A stretch of 64,000 bases of DNA from Hyphochytrium catenoides (taxonomy: Eukaryota; Protista; Hyphochytriomycota): NCBI GenBank assembly GCA_900088475.1, contig FLMG01000683.1, positions 1 through 64,000 on the forward strand. The letters are read 5' to 3'. Shown here in pieces: positions 23,749 through 35,649 of this stretch. The stretch's first letter is position 1; the number at the start of each line of letters is the position of its first letter. A program made the translations under genes and the position numbers. The notes under the pieces are model-generated. The model was not told where the DNA came from and ran no database searches. It worked only from the letters and a program-made list of their open reading frames with translations.

Positions 23749-25841
23749 TCATGAGCTTGACTCAAGGAGAGGCGCTCTCTCTATCACGCCGTGCTCTAGA
23801 GGTTTGTTTTTGATGAGCTCATTGGGTCCGTACACTCCCTTATTGAGCCTTGTGAGGGGATAGATATGGGTCCGGGGACCCACGAGAGTGCCAGGATCGG
23901 AGACGCTACTGCAACCGAGCTGGGCATAGTCTCCCAGTATAATTCCCAGCTTCCTATATCACCAGAGACGAGGACTGTTAGAGAGAAAGGGGCGGATATA
24001 TGCATCTCAATAAGCAAAAAATGACGGAAGAGAGCGCGGGATAGATGGTGTGAATATGGAAGTGAACAAGGCTTTAGAAGAACACCATGAAGTAGTAGTG
24101 ATATGAGGAGTAGATAGATCGCCAGAGCTGACCTCCTGCTGGTGTCATAGTCTACATCGTCTAGAGTTATCCTTATGGTCCCAGAAGGGAGAAGAGGGAG
24201 GTTGGCGGCGGTAGCTTGGTTCCCAAAATGACTTCTATACCCGCAGATGGAGTCTCCCAGGTAGCCAGGATGGCAGAACTCAGCCTTGTCCATGATCAGT
24301 ACATTCTTGCATTCGCAGCGAATGTACACTCCGTCCCCTAAGCGATGCGTTGAGAAAGAATTTGGTTAAGGCATTAAGATGAGAGTACTCGCCGCCAAAA
24401 CCCTAGGAGAGAGGATAAGAAGTGGGGCAAGTCTAAAGTACTGAGGAGTCCAAATTACAAAGAACGATGGAGTCACTCCGACAACGGCCAATGAAACTAG
24501 CCTGCTTGCTTCTACCCTAGAAGTGCTTGTTGAAGCTCACCTATGACGGCGTCACCCCTGATGTACGCCCCAGCTCTCATCACGCAGTCTGAACCAATGA
24601 TTGCTGGTCCAGCGATGGTAGCCCCAGGCTCCACAACGGTGTTCGGACCTATATAAATGGAGCCGTTTCGGGTATCGAAAACGCCACCGTACACCTGGCA
24701 AGCCAAGGAGAGTAGCGTCAATGATTTCTAGTCAGCCTGACGGCTGATGAGTCAGTTTTGAAGAAGTCAAGAAGGAGAGGAAAATCGGGTATATTGTTTA
24801 AGGATCATGAAAGAGAGAATGTCGTGAACTGGGCTTTGCCAGAGGTGTTGGAGAAAGACCTTAGATTAGCGGAGGAAGACGACGGCAGGTAGGACACAGG
24901 TCACACGTCACTAGTCCTAGACTTACCTTCACGCCGCTACTCAGAGCTATGCTTGCACTGGTCCTTGACGAATCTACGTCCGCCACTATCCTTTCCGGAG
25001 CAAAGAGGACCGTATCCGTCGGAGCTGAGATGGAGCGACGAAGAAAGTAGCCGAAGCAATAGAGAAGACCAGAGAGAGGGGAAGAGAGAAGGTAGTACAG
25101 AACAAGATTAGGGTACACGTAAGGGAGTAGAATATATCAGGAAAGGGCTTCTGTTCGGCACCTTGGATCACTTCAACCTGTCCAAAGACTCCAGGTCCCT
25201 CAGCAATAATACTGGAGCTCCACCTATACGGTATCACTTTGCATCAGACAGGTAGGGCAGCGTTTTGAGACCCAATGTTTTTTAAATGACAGGGCGTACC
25301 CCTTCGCCAAGCATTCCTTCACTCGCAGCTTCAGCCAACCTTCTGCATAGCTATGTATATGATCGAGGACACTGACGACATCCTTGATGCCCGAGTAGCC
25401 GAAAATGGCAGAGTGCGCGAATTCTCTCTCCTCAAAGAGGAAGTAGAAGTCGTACTTCAGCGCACGAGGGATGTTCTCAATAGGGAGAGAGCGGAGCAGA
25501 AGAGTCTTCCTTTCTTTGCGTCGCTGAGAAGAGACTGTGCTACGTACGTGAAGTTTGACATCACTGATGGAGCTAAAAGACTTACTGCAAAGGGAATATA
25601 AAGGGAGCTTTAGTACCATCAATAGACTCAGGAAAAGGGTCGCCACTGACATTAGCTTGCGAAGACTTTGTCCTTGGCGCTCAATATTCTTCTTCACTGG
25701 CTCTTTGTACTTCATAACAGCGACCATCAGCAAGAATGCTGCTAGCGTTTCGCCTTGCCCCAGGTCGAGTCGCAGAACGCCCGGACTCCCCATGTCTCCG
25801 AAGAAACGGAGCAGCCAGTCTTCAAGTCCAGACTCTGCCAT
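23749..25841 (-). CDS. Stand-alone left-handed beta-helix (hexapeptide repeat) acyltransferase, GlmU C-terminal-like; about six exons; start at 25841 or 25652
   Basis: IYIGPNTVVEPGATIAGPAIIGSDCVMRAGAYIRGDAVIG; ECKNVLIMDKAEFCHPGYLGDSICGYRSHFGNQATAANL; RKLGIILGDYAQLGCSSVSDPGTLVG. Stop TGA 23751-23749. No nucleotidyltransferase domain was seen. Confidence 0.85.
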
Positions 25842-27034
25842 CGTCCTCTACAAAGCACAATGTAGAGCTAAGCAAAGTGGTGTCAAATAGTAACAGATGA
25901 ACTTGTACTGTCCTCTGGGACGGCCTCTCGATTGTCACCTCACAGAAGGCAATGTCGCCAGTGAGATCAAGGGCTTCAGCTTCAGATTGCCATCATGATG
26001 ATGATGACCATCAGTCTCAAGCTCATCGCAACAGGAGGAGGAAGAGATCATCACTCTCATAAAAGGAACTGAGAACTCTTCATTGTCTTTGCTGATTCTG
26101 AGGTTTATATCTCGGTCATCTCTGTGTGACGGACGTACCTCTCAAGCCTATCGAAATAACCCCACGTTGTGGGTGACATCTGTCTCTTGGTCGCCTCTGT
26201 CTCAGTGTTGGGTACTACAGGTGCTGCCTCGTCTCAACCTTCATTCTTCATGTCACACTCCACTTTGCCTATTACAGTCCACCCCCGCGACCACCTGGTT
26301 CACCTACCATCAAAGTGCGCTCGTTACATCAAAAAACCTTGCAAATCTTCTAGAGATGATGATGATGAGAGCTGATGATGCATGAGGGAGGAGGAAGTGG
26401 AGTGGGAAACAAGCAGAGCAGCTGGTGGCTTGGAGAAGACGTCTCGACTTCATCGAGATGGAGACAAAGAATGTGTCTCTATCATCATCAACGGCATCGC
26501 AATGATGATTCTGCCGACTCAAGAAGATGATGATTCTCCCTTCCATAATATACATATTGTAAGGTTCTTCCTGCGGTCGAGAGAGCGATGGGATGGGAAA
26601 ACAAGACTGTTTATTGACTTCCTGATGAGAGCGCGTCAGCGCATCCTGGCCAGCCCACTGACTAGGTCCTGGGGGATGGGTGCCTACTCAACCCCTCATC
26701 CCTTACATGCCCCCCTTCAGCTCAATGGTGGATGCAAAACAGTAGTATTACTTACAGTATGAATTTTCGCTCTATATTATAGTACTTATATTTGGGAATG
26801 AGGTGTGAGTAGTGCCTTCTTAGGAGTTATTTAATGATAGTTTCATCGCTGAAGAGGAAAAACCTCCCCTCTCTCTGTAGAGCTGTGCGTGAGCCCTGAG
26901 AAAGGTGAAGGAAAACAGTTCAGCGGTATTTGTGGTGGCAACTGGTGTTGTTTTGTCGTTGCCCTTGGGAATGTGTTTTTGAAGGGGTGGTTTATGGTCT
27001 TCTTCTAATCAATGTTGTTTGTTGTTGATCAGTG

Positions 27035-27800
27035 TCATTGTGACGGTCTAATATTTTTCCCGTGCACAATGACAATTTTCTTGCGGGTTTTGCCTGTTTT
27101 TATTGTTCTTGTATAGCCTAATTTGTGTGTTAGGGCGACCACTTCTTCGAGAACGGTGAACCCTCCTTCCCAATAGGTGGCAAGCTTTTGTTTCGGCTTG
27201 GATTCTGTCATGCCATTATTTTCTTCTTGTTGAGACAAGTGGTTGTTGCCTTTTTGTGCTCTTTTATGTTTGTTTGTTTTTGGTTGAATCGAAGAGACAT
27301 TCAGGCGGCTTTTTGCCCAATATGAAGTGCTTCCTACATGTACCTGAGGCAAGCGAGGTTTTAATAGCAATCTTTGTTTTTGATCTGCTAAGTGCTGCCT
27401 GTAGGTGATGGAATTTTTGATGATGTCGTTGAAGATTTTTGTCATTTCATCGACATATCTTTTGGTTTGGTGTACATTTTTGTTGGTGTACACTCGGAGT
27501 CTGGTATTACCTCTGGGAGGCGGGGATGCATGAGTGTCCTCATATATATAGGGAAGTAACCAGTGCTTGATGATATACACATCGCATGGGCTTTATATAC
27601 TGAACCTCATTTAAATCCCAATCAGTTTGGTTTTTACTGATCACTTTTGACAGCATTTTGGTGGAAGTTCTTATTGTCCTTTCCACTTTGCTTGGTTTTC
27701 CGCGGCTCCCTACTGAGCTAACACGCGCCTTTATTCCATACATCTCACGTAGACATTTTATAACGTCAGACAGGAAAGTATTATGTGCGTCGTGCTGTGG
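27035..27800 (-). mobile_element. Degenerate Ty3/Gypsy integrase fragment (AT-rich, a different family from the 5.7-6.7 kb one)
   Basis: FLSDVIKCLREMYGIK, KVERTIRTSTKMLSK and NQTDWD (integrase core C-half); KLATYWEGGFTVLE (GPY/F-like) and IVHGKNIR; frameshifted. Confidence 0.8.
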
Positions 27801-28554
27801 TATTTCAGGGAAACCGCCGATCGATTGCGATTGGATCCGTGAGCCCGTGGTTCCAAGGATGTGGACAACTGGACCTGTGTGACGACTGTGCTGCTGGGGC
27901 AAGGAGGCGGGTAACCATTATTGTTGCTGGCGGTTGCGTACTACGTACAGCACGGATGGTGTTGAGGAGACGGTATCCCACCTACCAATACTACACCTAC
28001 ACACTACTACGGTAATTAATGATAACTACAACTGGCTATCACTACTGTTCTGTTTTACGAAGGAAGGGAAGAAGAGTGGCGGGAGGGTTAGTTCTACAGG
28101 CCGCTGATACTCCGTTCGCTCCTCGCAACACCAGCGTTGATGATGTTGCACCTTCTCGAGAGAAGATCCGTAATAATAACTGCGTGCGCTGCAGCATAAG
28201 ACGGATGCTTTAGCTTTACTCTTTTTTTCTCCGCTGTTCCTTGAGTTGCTGCTCCTCAGCGTTCTTCTGTCCTTCCTCCCTTGTTCGTTTTTTTCTCCTC
28301 CTTCTTCTCTACAATGGTATTACTACTGCTTCTGCTAACTGCTTGATGCTAAGGTTGATTTACCTCCAACTTGTTATTTAGATCCACGGTCACTATTACC
28401 ACCGGTAGGGAGCCGCGGCAGAATCTTTGTCCTTCACGATGGTGTTGTAGAGGATGATAACTTTAGCTGCTGCTCTGAGGGAGTTGTGGGCAGTTCCATC
28501 CTTTATTTTCTCCATCCGGAACAACCATTATCCCGCATACCGAACCGCTTCGCT

Positions 28555-29235
28555 TAAGCTGAGCGCTAGGAAGAGCATTCTCTGACAAGCTTTGTAAGCT
28601 GGTTGTTGGTGCTTTTGCTTTGCTTGGTAAGTTGAGAAGTAATATGCATTAATGAAGTGCTTGTTGAGCTCATGGAGCTAATTTGAAGCTTTTAATAGTA
28701 TGAAGAACTATGAGTTATCGCTAAAGTCCCTAAGGATGCTATTATGTTGCTAGAGTTAATTAAGTCTTCTTCCTAATGCTATATGAGGAGCTGTAAGAAG
28801 AGACAACCTCAAACTTACCTTTGATGGCTGCGCTTTGGCGCTAAACGGGTAGGAGTTAAGAGATAAAGTCATAGAGTTTGAAGTAAGGGCGGATGGGCAA
28901 AGCAAGTAGTAATAAGCTGAAAATGCAGAGAGGATAAGTTTAGCAGAGATGAAGTAGGGTTGAGATAGAGCCTGCTGAAAAGATCCTGAGATTGTGATGT
29001 AGAAGTTGAAGAAGAAGGGAAGATTTGCCTGTCCTTTGGAAGTCTAGCTGTTTGCCGCTCGCTCTGTAACGGATAAAGCGAAGGTTCAACAGAGTTGAAA
29101 TTTCACTTTTGCTGTGCTGATGTCTTCGCCATAGGTAATGTTCTAAGGCAGAAGTCTGGTGACAAAGCCAGAAATAGATTCAGACAAGAGCCAAGAAGGG
29201 TCAGCAGCGTGGACTGGACGAGCCAACTTTCAACA
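28555..29235 (-). repeat. 3' LTR of the Copia element (about 680 bp)
   Basis: On the minus strand it starts TGTTGAAAG right after the purine tract GAGCAAGAGTGGGAG (29250-29236). Its distal end (about 28557-28637) matches about 32304-32395. Confidence 0.8.
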
Positions 29236-32200
29236 CTCCCACTCTTGCTCAGTCCATGCCGCTGAGCGAGTAGAGACCAGCTTTAGCTCGAAGGTCTTCA
29301 AAGGCAGGAGCTGGGAGAGATTTGGTAAGGAGATCAGCAATCATGACTTTGGGCAATGAATGATAGAGATCTCTCCGCTTTCTTGTCGCTCTCGGACAAA
29401 GTGATGGCGGATAGCGATGTGCTTCGTCCTTTGGGGGAAAACGGGATTCTTCACCAAGTCAATAGCGCCGCGATTGTCTTCCATAAGAGTTGTAGGAGAG
29501 CGTTGCTCGAAGCCTAAATCAGTCAGAAGTTGACGAAGCCAAATAGCTTCCTGTACTGCTGTTGATGCAGACATGTACTACTCGGCGGTTGCTTTTTGCT
29601 CTTTCAGGAGATTGGACCACCACAGAGCATGAAGATGTAACCAGAGGTGGAACGTCGATCGTCTGGGCTGTTGCCCCAGTCAGCATCAGCGTAACCAAGA
29701 AGTCCCAGTCCGTTGGAGTCTGAGGCTTTAAAGCAGAGACCTAGGTGAGTTGTGCCTTTGAGATACTTGAGCACGCGTTTAACTGCCTGCCAATGGGCAT
29801 GACTAGGCTTGGAGAGATGACGGCTAAGAACTCCCACTGAGTGTGCAATGTCCGGTCTTGTACCAGTCACAGCGTAGATAAGTTCCCCGACTGCGCTGCG
29901 GTAAGGCACTTCTTCAGGCAGAAGATCCTTTGAGTCCGCCTGTTTCAATTGCTGCCCTGGTTCCATTGGGGTCTTGACCGGGTTGCTCTCTTTCATGTTA
30001 AACTTTTCTAACAGCTCTTGCACGTAGGAATGTTGAGTGAGGAAGAGAGTCTTCTTTGTTCTGTCTCGAACGACTTGGAGTCCCAGGATGTATGAGACTT
30101 CTCCTAGATCTGACATCTGAAAACGCTGAGAGAGGTTTTTTTGAGGGCTTTGAGTTGTTCCGCCGAGGTTGCTGCCAACAGTAAGTCATCCACATATAGT
30201 ACAAGGATGAGGAGTTGCTGATCGGACCGTCTGAAAAGAGCCGCCTTTATGGATTGAAACAAGCCGACCGAGAATGGAACCATGTAGACGCAGCTGTACG
30301 CCTTTGAACGGGAGAAGCCTTGCTCCGTGAGGAAGCTGTCGATTACATGGTTCCATTCTCGGCCGGCTTGTTTTAATCCATAAAGGCTCTTTTTCAGCTT
30401 GCAGACTGTAGCTTCTCAGTGCCGGGCTTAATCAAACCGGGAGGTTGCTTCATGTAGATGAAGCTCCATGTCCAGATGAGTAGCAATACCCAGGACCGTA
30501 CGTATGGACGTGAACTTTGCCACTGGGGAGAAAGTCTCTGTGTAGTCAATCCCTTCTCTTTGTCGGAACCCTTGAGCGACTAAGCGCGCTTTATACTTAG
30601 CTATGGAGCCGTCGGGGTTTTCCTTGATCCTTAGCACCCACTTACAACCGATTGCATTCCTCCCACTTGGAAGTGGTACAAGGTCCCAAGTGCCATGGTC
30701 GGTAAGGGACTGGATCTCGGCTTGGGCTGCTTGTTGCCAAAGAGAGGCGTCAGGGCGTTGGAGGGCTTCGGCATAAGTAGAAGGAGCTTCGGTAAGCTGG
30801 GAAGCAGGGGTGGTAGTTCCTTTCCCAGAGCACACCCTTCACAGTCGGGAAGTCTCCCACTGGCTAAGGGAGGTAGGCCAGTAGCGACAGAAGGTAGGGG
30901 ACGAATATTGTCGACGCCGAGGTGGCCGGTACGACGGTGCCAGAGAGAGGGAGAAGAAGAAATAGAGCTGGGGGTGTTGGCGAGAAAAGCACTAGGGGGA
31001 GGAGAGGGGGAGAGCACAAAGAGCTGGTCTTGTACGTAACCTTGGGCATATGTTATGCGAGTAGAGGGGTCGCGGAAGAGAACGTTGGCGCCAGAGAAGA
31101 CGGCTTCAAGGCCATGGGCGGTAGCGGCGGAGACACTGAGGAGGTTTTTGGCCAGCTCGGGTATGTATAGGACGTTCAGGAGTTGGATGGTGGAGGATTG
31201 ACCATCAACGTCAACAGAGAGAAAGATGTCGCCGCGACCAGTGGTGGTGACAGAGCGGTTGTCAGCGGCGTAGACTGGGGTGGGATCCGTGGGGTGAAAG
31301 GTAGTGAACCACTCCCGTTGGCAGGTCATGTGGGTGGTGGCTCCGCTGTCAATGAGCCAGATGGTTGGCTCCTGGAGGGCTGGAGGCGTAGAATGAGTGG
31401 CGGCGAAGGCGCAGGGCTGGCGGGAGGCTTCGTCTCGTTGCTTCTTCCGGCAATCGTGCAGCCAGTGGCCGGGCTTGTGGCAGTAATCGCAGACGCCTTT
31501 GCGCTGCGGAGGGGTCAGGACCGCCGCGTTGAGTCACATTAGCGCTGCGGAAGCGCACCTGTTTCAGTGGTCGTGCTTTGACGTCTGACACGGCGTATGC
31601 TCTCGTGCCAGGGTAGGTATGGGCCTTCGAAGGGGAGTCAAGGCGACGGGCCTCTTCGTTGAGGAGGCGGGCCTTCAAGAAGTCAATAGACAAGTCATCT
31701 GGTCGGCTTTCAAGGGCTGTGACCAGGGAGTTGTAACTGTCAGGTAGGCTGTTCAGGACGACAAGCACTTGCTCGTCCTCGTCAATAATGACGCGGATGG
31801 CCCGTAGCTTATGGAGTAGGGTGGCCATCCGGTTGAAGAGCGCCGTGATGCTCTCTTCATCAGCCATGCGTAACTGCAGGAGTTGCCTGCGGAGGTAGAT
31901 TTTGTTCGCGAGGACTGGGGTCTCGTACTGGCGCTAAAGGGCTTGCCAGGCTTCGTCAGCAGTGGTGGCGCTGCGGACGTGAATGAGCTGGTCGTCGTCT
32001 ATGGAGAGGACGATAGCTGCCAAGGCTTTGACGTCCTTGGCCTTGTCAGAGACCTTGAAGGTAAGGTCTAACGCTTCAGCGCTCTCAGCAGTCTGGGTGC
32101 TGGACTTCTCGACGCTGGATGAAGAGATGGCACCGCTGGGCTCGTTGATACAGTGACGGAGGTCCTTTTCCACGAGGACCATGAGCATCTTAAAGTTCCA

Positions 32201-32274
32201 ATCGTCGTAATTGGAGCCGTTGAGCTTTTGGATGCGGTTGACGAAGGTAGCCGTCTCCATTCTGAGAGATTTAG

Positions 32275-32287
32275 TGGGCCCATAACC
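32275..32287 (-). promoter_or_regulatory. Primer-binding site complementary to the initiator tRNA-Met anticodon arm (half-tRNA priming)
   Basis: Minus strand GGTTATGGGCCCA lies directly after the LTR remnant and about 15 nt before the gag ATG (32260). Confidence 0.8.
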
Positions 32288-32395
32288 TAAAGAAAGTAGA
32301 TTTAGCTGAGCGCTAGGAAGAGCAGTCTCTGACAAGCTTTGTAAGCTGTAATGGAGCTGGTTGTTGGTGCTTTGGCTTTGCTTGGTAAGTTGAGA
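32288..32395 (-). repeat. Truncated 5' LTR remnant of the Copia element (about 105 bp of its 3' end)
   Basis: AGCTGAGCGCTAGGAAGAGCA...CTTGGTAAGTTGAGA occurs here and at about 28557-28637; it abuts the primer-binding site. Confidence 0.8.
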
Positions 32396-32498
32396 CGCGT
32401 AACCCCCCTCCTAGCTTGGTGTGGGCCCCGATTATCCCAGGTGTTGGGCGTCCATGCCCCGGCTGTGTCCTCGGCCGATGAAATTCATGTGGCCTTTT

Positions 32499-33135
32499 AT
32501 CCAGAAATTAGTAAGGAGTGTATAATCGACTACTGTTTGAAGAAGATGAAGAGATGCAAATATGCACTACGACGACGCAACAAAGAGAATAGAGAAAGAG
32601 CTCAAATAGGCCAAAGAGAAGAGAAGAGCAGAGAAGCTAGGACCTCACCCGGCCCCCACCACGGGCCGGGCATCATTGACCGAAGGACGCACCACCGAGG
32701 AGGCGGCGGGGAGATGATCGTCCTCCTCCCCAACAATGCGAGAGAGGAAGAAGTCTTGATCCTGCTCACGGCCAGCAGCCAAAGCAGGAGCAGGAGCATG
32801 ATCCAGAAATAAGTAAGGAGTGTATTCTAATTGACTACTGTTGTTTGAAGAAGCAGAAGAGATGGAAATATGTACAACGAAGCAACAAAAGAGAATGGAG
32901 AAAGAGCTAAAATAATAGGCCAAAAAGAAAAGAAGAGTAGAGAAGCTAGGAGCAGAGAAGCTAGGACCTCACCCGACCCCTTCCACGGGCCGGGCATCAT
33001 GGACCGAAGGAAGCACCACCGAGGAGGCGGCGGGGAGATCGTCCTCCTCTCCAATAATGCGAGAGAGGAAAAAGCCTTGCTCCTGCTCACGGCCGGCCAC
33101 CGAGAAGAGGGCGTTGTTGTCAGGAGCAGGAGCAG
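32499..33135. repeat. Tandem duplication, two diverged copies of about 300-330 bp
   Basis: ATCCAGAAAT.AGTAAGGAGTGTAT starts at about 32500 and at 32801. Both copies contain AGAAGCTAGGACCTCACCCG, CACGGGCCGGGCATCAT and CACCGAGGAGGCGGCGGGGAGAT. Confidence 0.9.
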
Positions 33136-35203
33136 GAGCAGCGGCAGGAACAAGAGAAGAAAGAAGAAGAAGCAGAAACGAGTGCAGAAGAAGAGTGAAA
33201 AGCTGCGAGAAACGGAGCAGAAGGGGCCAACCGGGATAAAATCATTTGAGCCGCTTCCTCATGAAGGGCCAACAACGAAATCTGCCTGATGAGGCGGTGG
33301 CGGAAGAAGTGGACCTTCTTAGAAAATAAAATAGCAGAGAAGTGAAGTTATAGTCCTAATCAATAATGATGATAGCAGCAGCTCAAGCTAACCAAAAGCG
33401 CCTCCTTCTTCTTTGACTACTGGCGCCACAACACCACCAACTACGCCCCTCATTCAGAAGTCAGTGGTCGCGTTCTTCTGTCATTACTTGGACCAAAAAA
33501 AAGAAGAAAGGAGGCCACAAGATATAACTTTATGAAAAAAGTGGACGATTGATTGAGCACTCTCGCAGAAAAAAAAGTAATTGAAGAAGGCAGACCAATC
33601 GGTGCGACGCAGAGAAGCTCGGCGGGTAGTATGGTGATAAGCGAGCCGAATAAGCCTGCTTACTGCAGCAGCAAAGTGTTGTGCTGTCGTCTTACTGATG
33701 AATACCGTGAAGAAGCGGCAGGGAAGCTGATTGTGAAAGGCGAGTTACTGTAGAACGGCCTTAGTAAAATACCAGCAGCTAGTGAAAAAAGAAAGCAATG
33801 GGAGAGCACCACCACCACACAGCAAAATGAGCTCGCTGCTAATGTAAAAGCGCTGAGTGTTGACGATTCAAGTCAAGAGGAGAGACCTCCTATCATCGTA
33901 TCATCATAATAAGCATTAGTCCTTTGCCCTAATAACATAAGTTGAAGGCTTAAGAAGCACTCCGGATGAGCCTTCGCCGCGATCCTCTACATCCGGATGC
34001 CTCTGCTTTGGCTTCTTTACGCCAACTTATGACACATCCACCGGCATATGAGGAGCGGGGGTTGAGACCCCACATGATGGTGAGATCATGCTGTATGTGC
34101 TGTCAGCAGGGGGTGTCATAAAAAAAAATAAAAAACAGGATTCGCATGATCTTGGTACTCCTCCTCCATCTGCAGCGGATGGTTCATTTCAGGGATATGT
34201 GGATGGGGGTAATGCTCTGCCTAAAGCCGACTTCAACTGACATCTTTACATCTATGAGCAAGTTTCTCTTCTTGCATCTGCCGATAAGCGTCGTCGTCAA
34301 CGAGTTCCGCCTACTCCGCCTGGATCTTCAAATTAATCTGATACCGCGTTCGGTAGTCCGTGCTCCTCCGGAACCTCTGGAAGCGCCAGCATCATTCTTA
34401 CCACGTTCACCTTTCCACCGCACCAGCAGGTTCAGCTTCGGAATCAGCCGGCGACCATCCGCCCCACTGAACTCAACCATTCTTGCAGTGCTTTCCCCAT
34501 AGAAGCATAACTCAAGCGCACTGCAGAGCCGGGAGGAGTCCATCGATCGACCGGCGGACCTACAGTAGGATCTGGGTGAAAGTCTTCATGACTCCAGTCT
34601 GACCGAGAGAGAGTGTCCAAGCCTGCGACGATAGGAAGTGGTGCCGCATCTGGAGTGCATCCTTTCTTACTGATCATCCGATGGGCACACATACTTTCTA
34701 CCTTAGCAAGATAAATTCGAGAGTTTGTATGTTTGTATGGCCATATCCGCTCCGACTGGTGCGCTTTCAAGGATTGAGATGGTTAAAACCTGTGATCGCC
34801 ATACATAAATGCGCTCGTAACTCCAACTTTGTGGGCGTACAAAAGAAGGCGCAAAATCTAGTTCTATTTTCGTGAGTTCAGCCCTTCTTTTTTTTAAAGC
34901 GGGAATATCTTTTGAACGAAGAACTTTCAGCTGCCCCTGACCTCTATTCTGGACCAGATCTGCACTAATCCTCCCTCTGTCCTCTCCTGCTCCCTGGTAA
35001 CAGGTTTGCTACGCTGCATCACTATCGGAGTACCTTTAGACGATTGAGTCCGCTATCTAAGAGTAAAGAGATCGAGGGCGGTTAATGTTCTGGAGTTGAG
35101 AGGAGAAAGAAGGAGGAAGATTCAGCTGATGGAAGGAAGCTCGCCATCAAAGAGGAAAGAACTCAAAAAAGCTTTTGTGAATGAGTCAAGAGCTCTCTGC
35201 TTG

Positions 35204-35204
<1 letters not shown>

Positions 35205-35247
<43 letters not shown>

Positions 35248-35378
35248 CTCTCTTTCTCTCCCTCTGTCTCGGTCTCTATCTGTCGGTGTCTCTCTTTCTC
35301 TCTGCTGTCTGTCTGTCTCTGTCTGTCTGTTTTCTCTCTCTCTCTTGTCTCTGTCGTCTGTCTCTCTCTCTCTCTTCC
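35205..35378. repeat. (CT)n/CTGT microsatellite upstream of the next gene
   Basis: Visible simple repeat. Confidence 0.85.
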
Positions 35379-35649
35379 TGTGGAATCGTCAATGTCCGTT
35401 CAGTTCTGCCAACGCGTCCCAAAAATTCAAAATCTCCATTCTTCTCTCTGAGCTGCAGACGCCGATCCCCCTTTTCTTTAGTTGAAGATCTTTGAGCAGA
35501 CTAACGAGTCTTGACTCTCGAAGAAGAGGTCACTTCCAGGGTTGTCTCTTCGACCAGTTGCAGCTTTTTGCTTAGCTTCCACGTGGGTCAGCACAGAGGC
35601 CAGCGCCAATAAATTTGAAGGACAGGATCCACTCATCTCGAGAGGAAGC

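Larger units (their letters stand above)
28555..32395 (-). mobile_element. Ty1/Copia LTR retrotransposon, degenerate, integrase core deleted, 5' LTR truncated
   Basis: gag KLNGSNYDDW and LNSLPDSY; knuckle CDYCHKPGHWLHDC; protease WLIDSGATTHM; LWHRRTGH...CEGCALGK; RT KYKARLVAQGF and LYVDDL; RNase H ADADWG, RRSTSGY and RTKHIAIRHHFVRE. Several stops and frameshifts. Confidence 0.95.

Noticed and set aside
26615-26660. CTGATGA followed by a small hairpin, as a hammerhead ribozyme core (also at 33286)
   Set aside because: No GAAA after stem II and no stems I/III.
25990-26760. Possible Gypsy integrase tail and purine tract on the + strand
   Set aside because: Only a vague motif resemblance (GDICLL...ARYIK), too weak to call.
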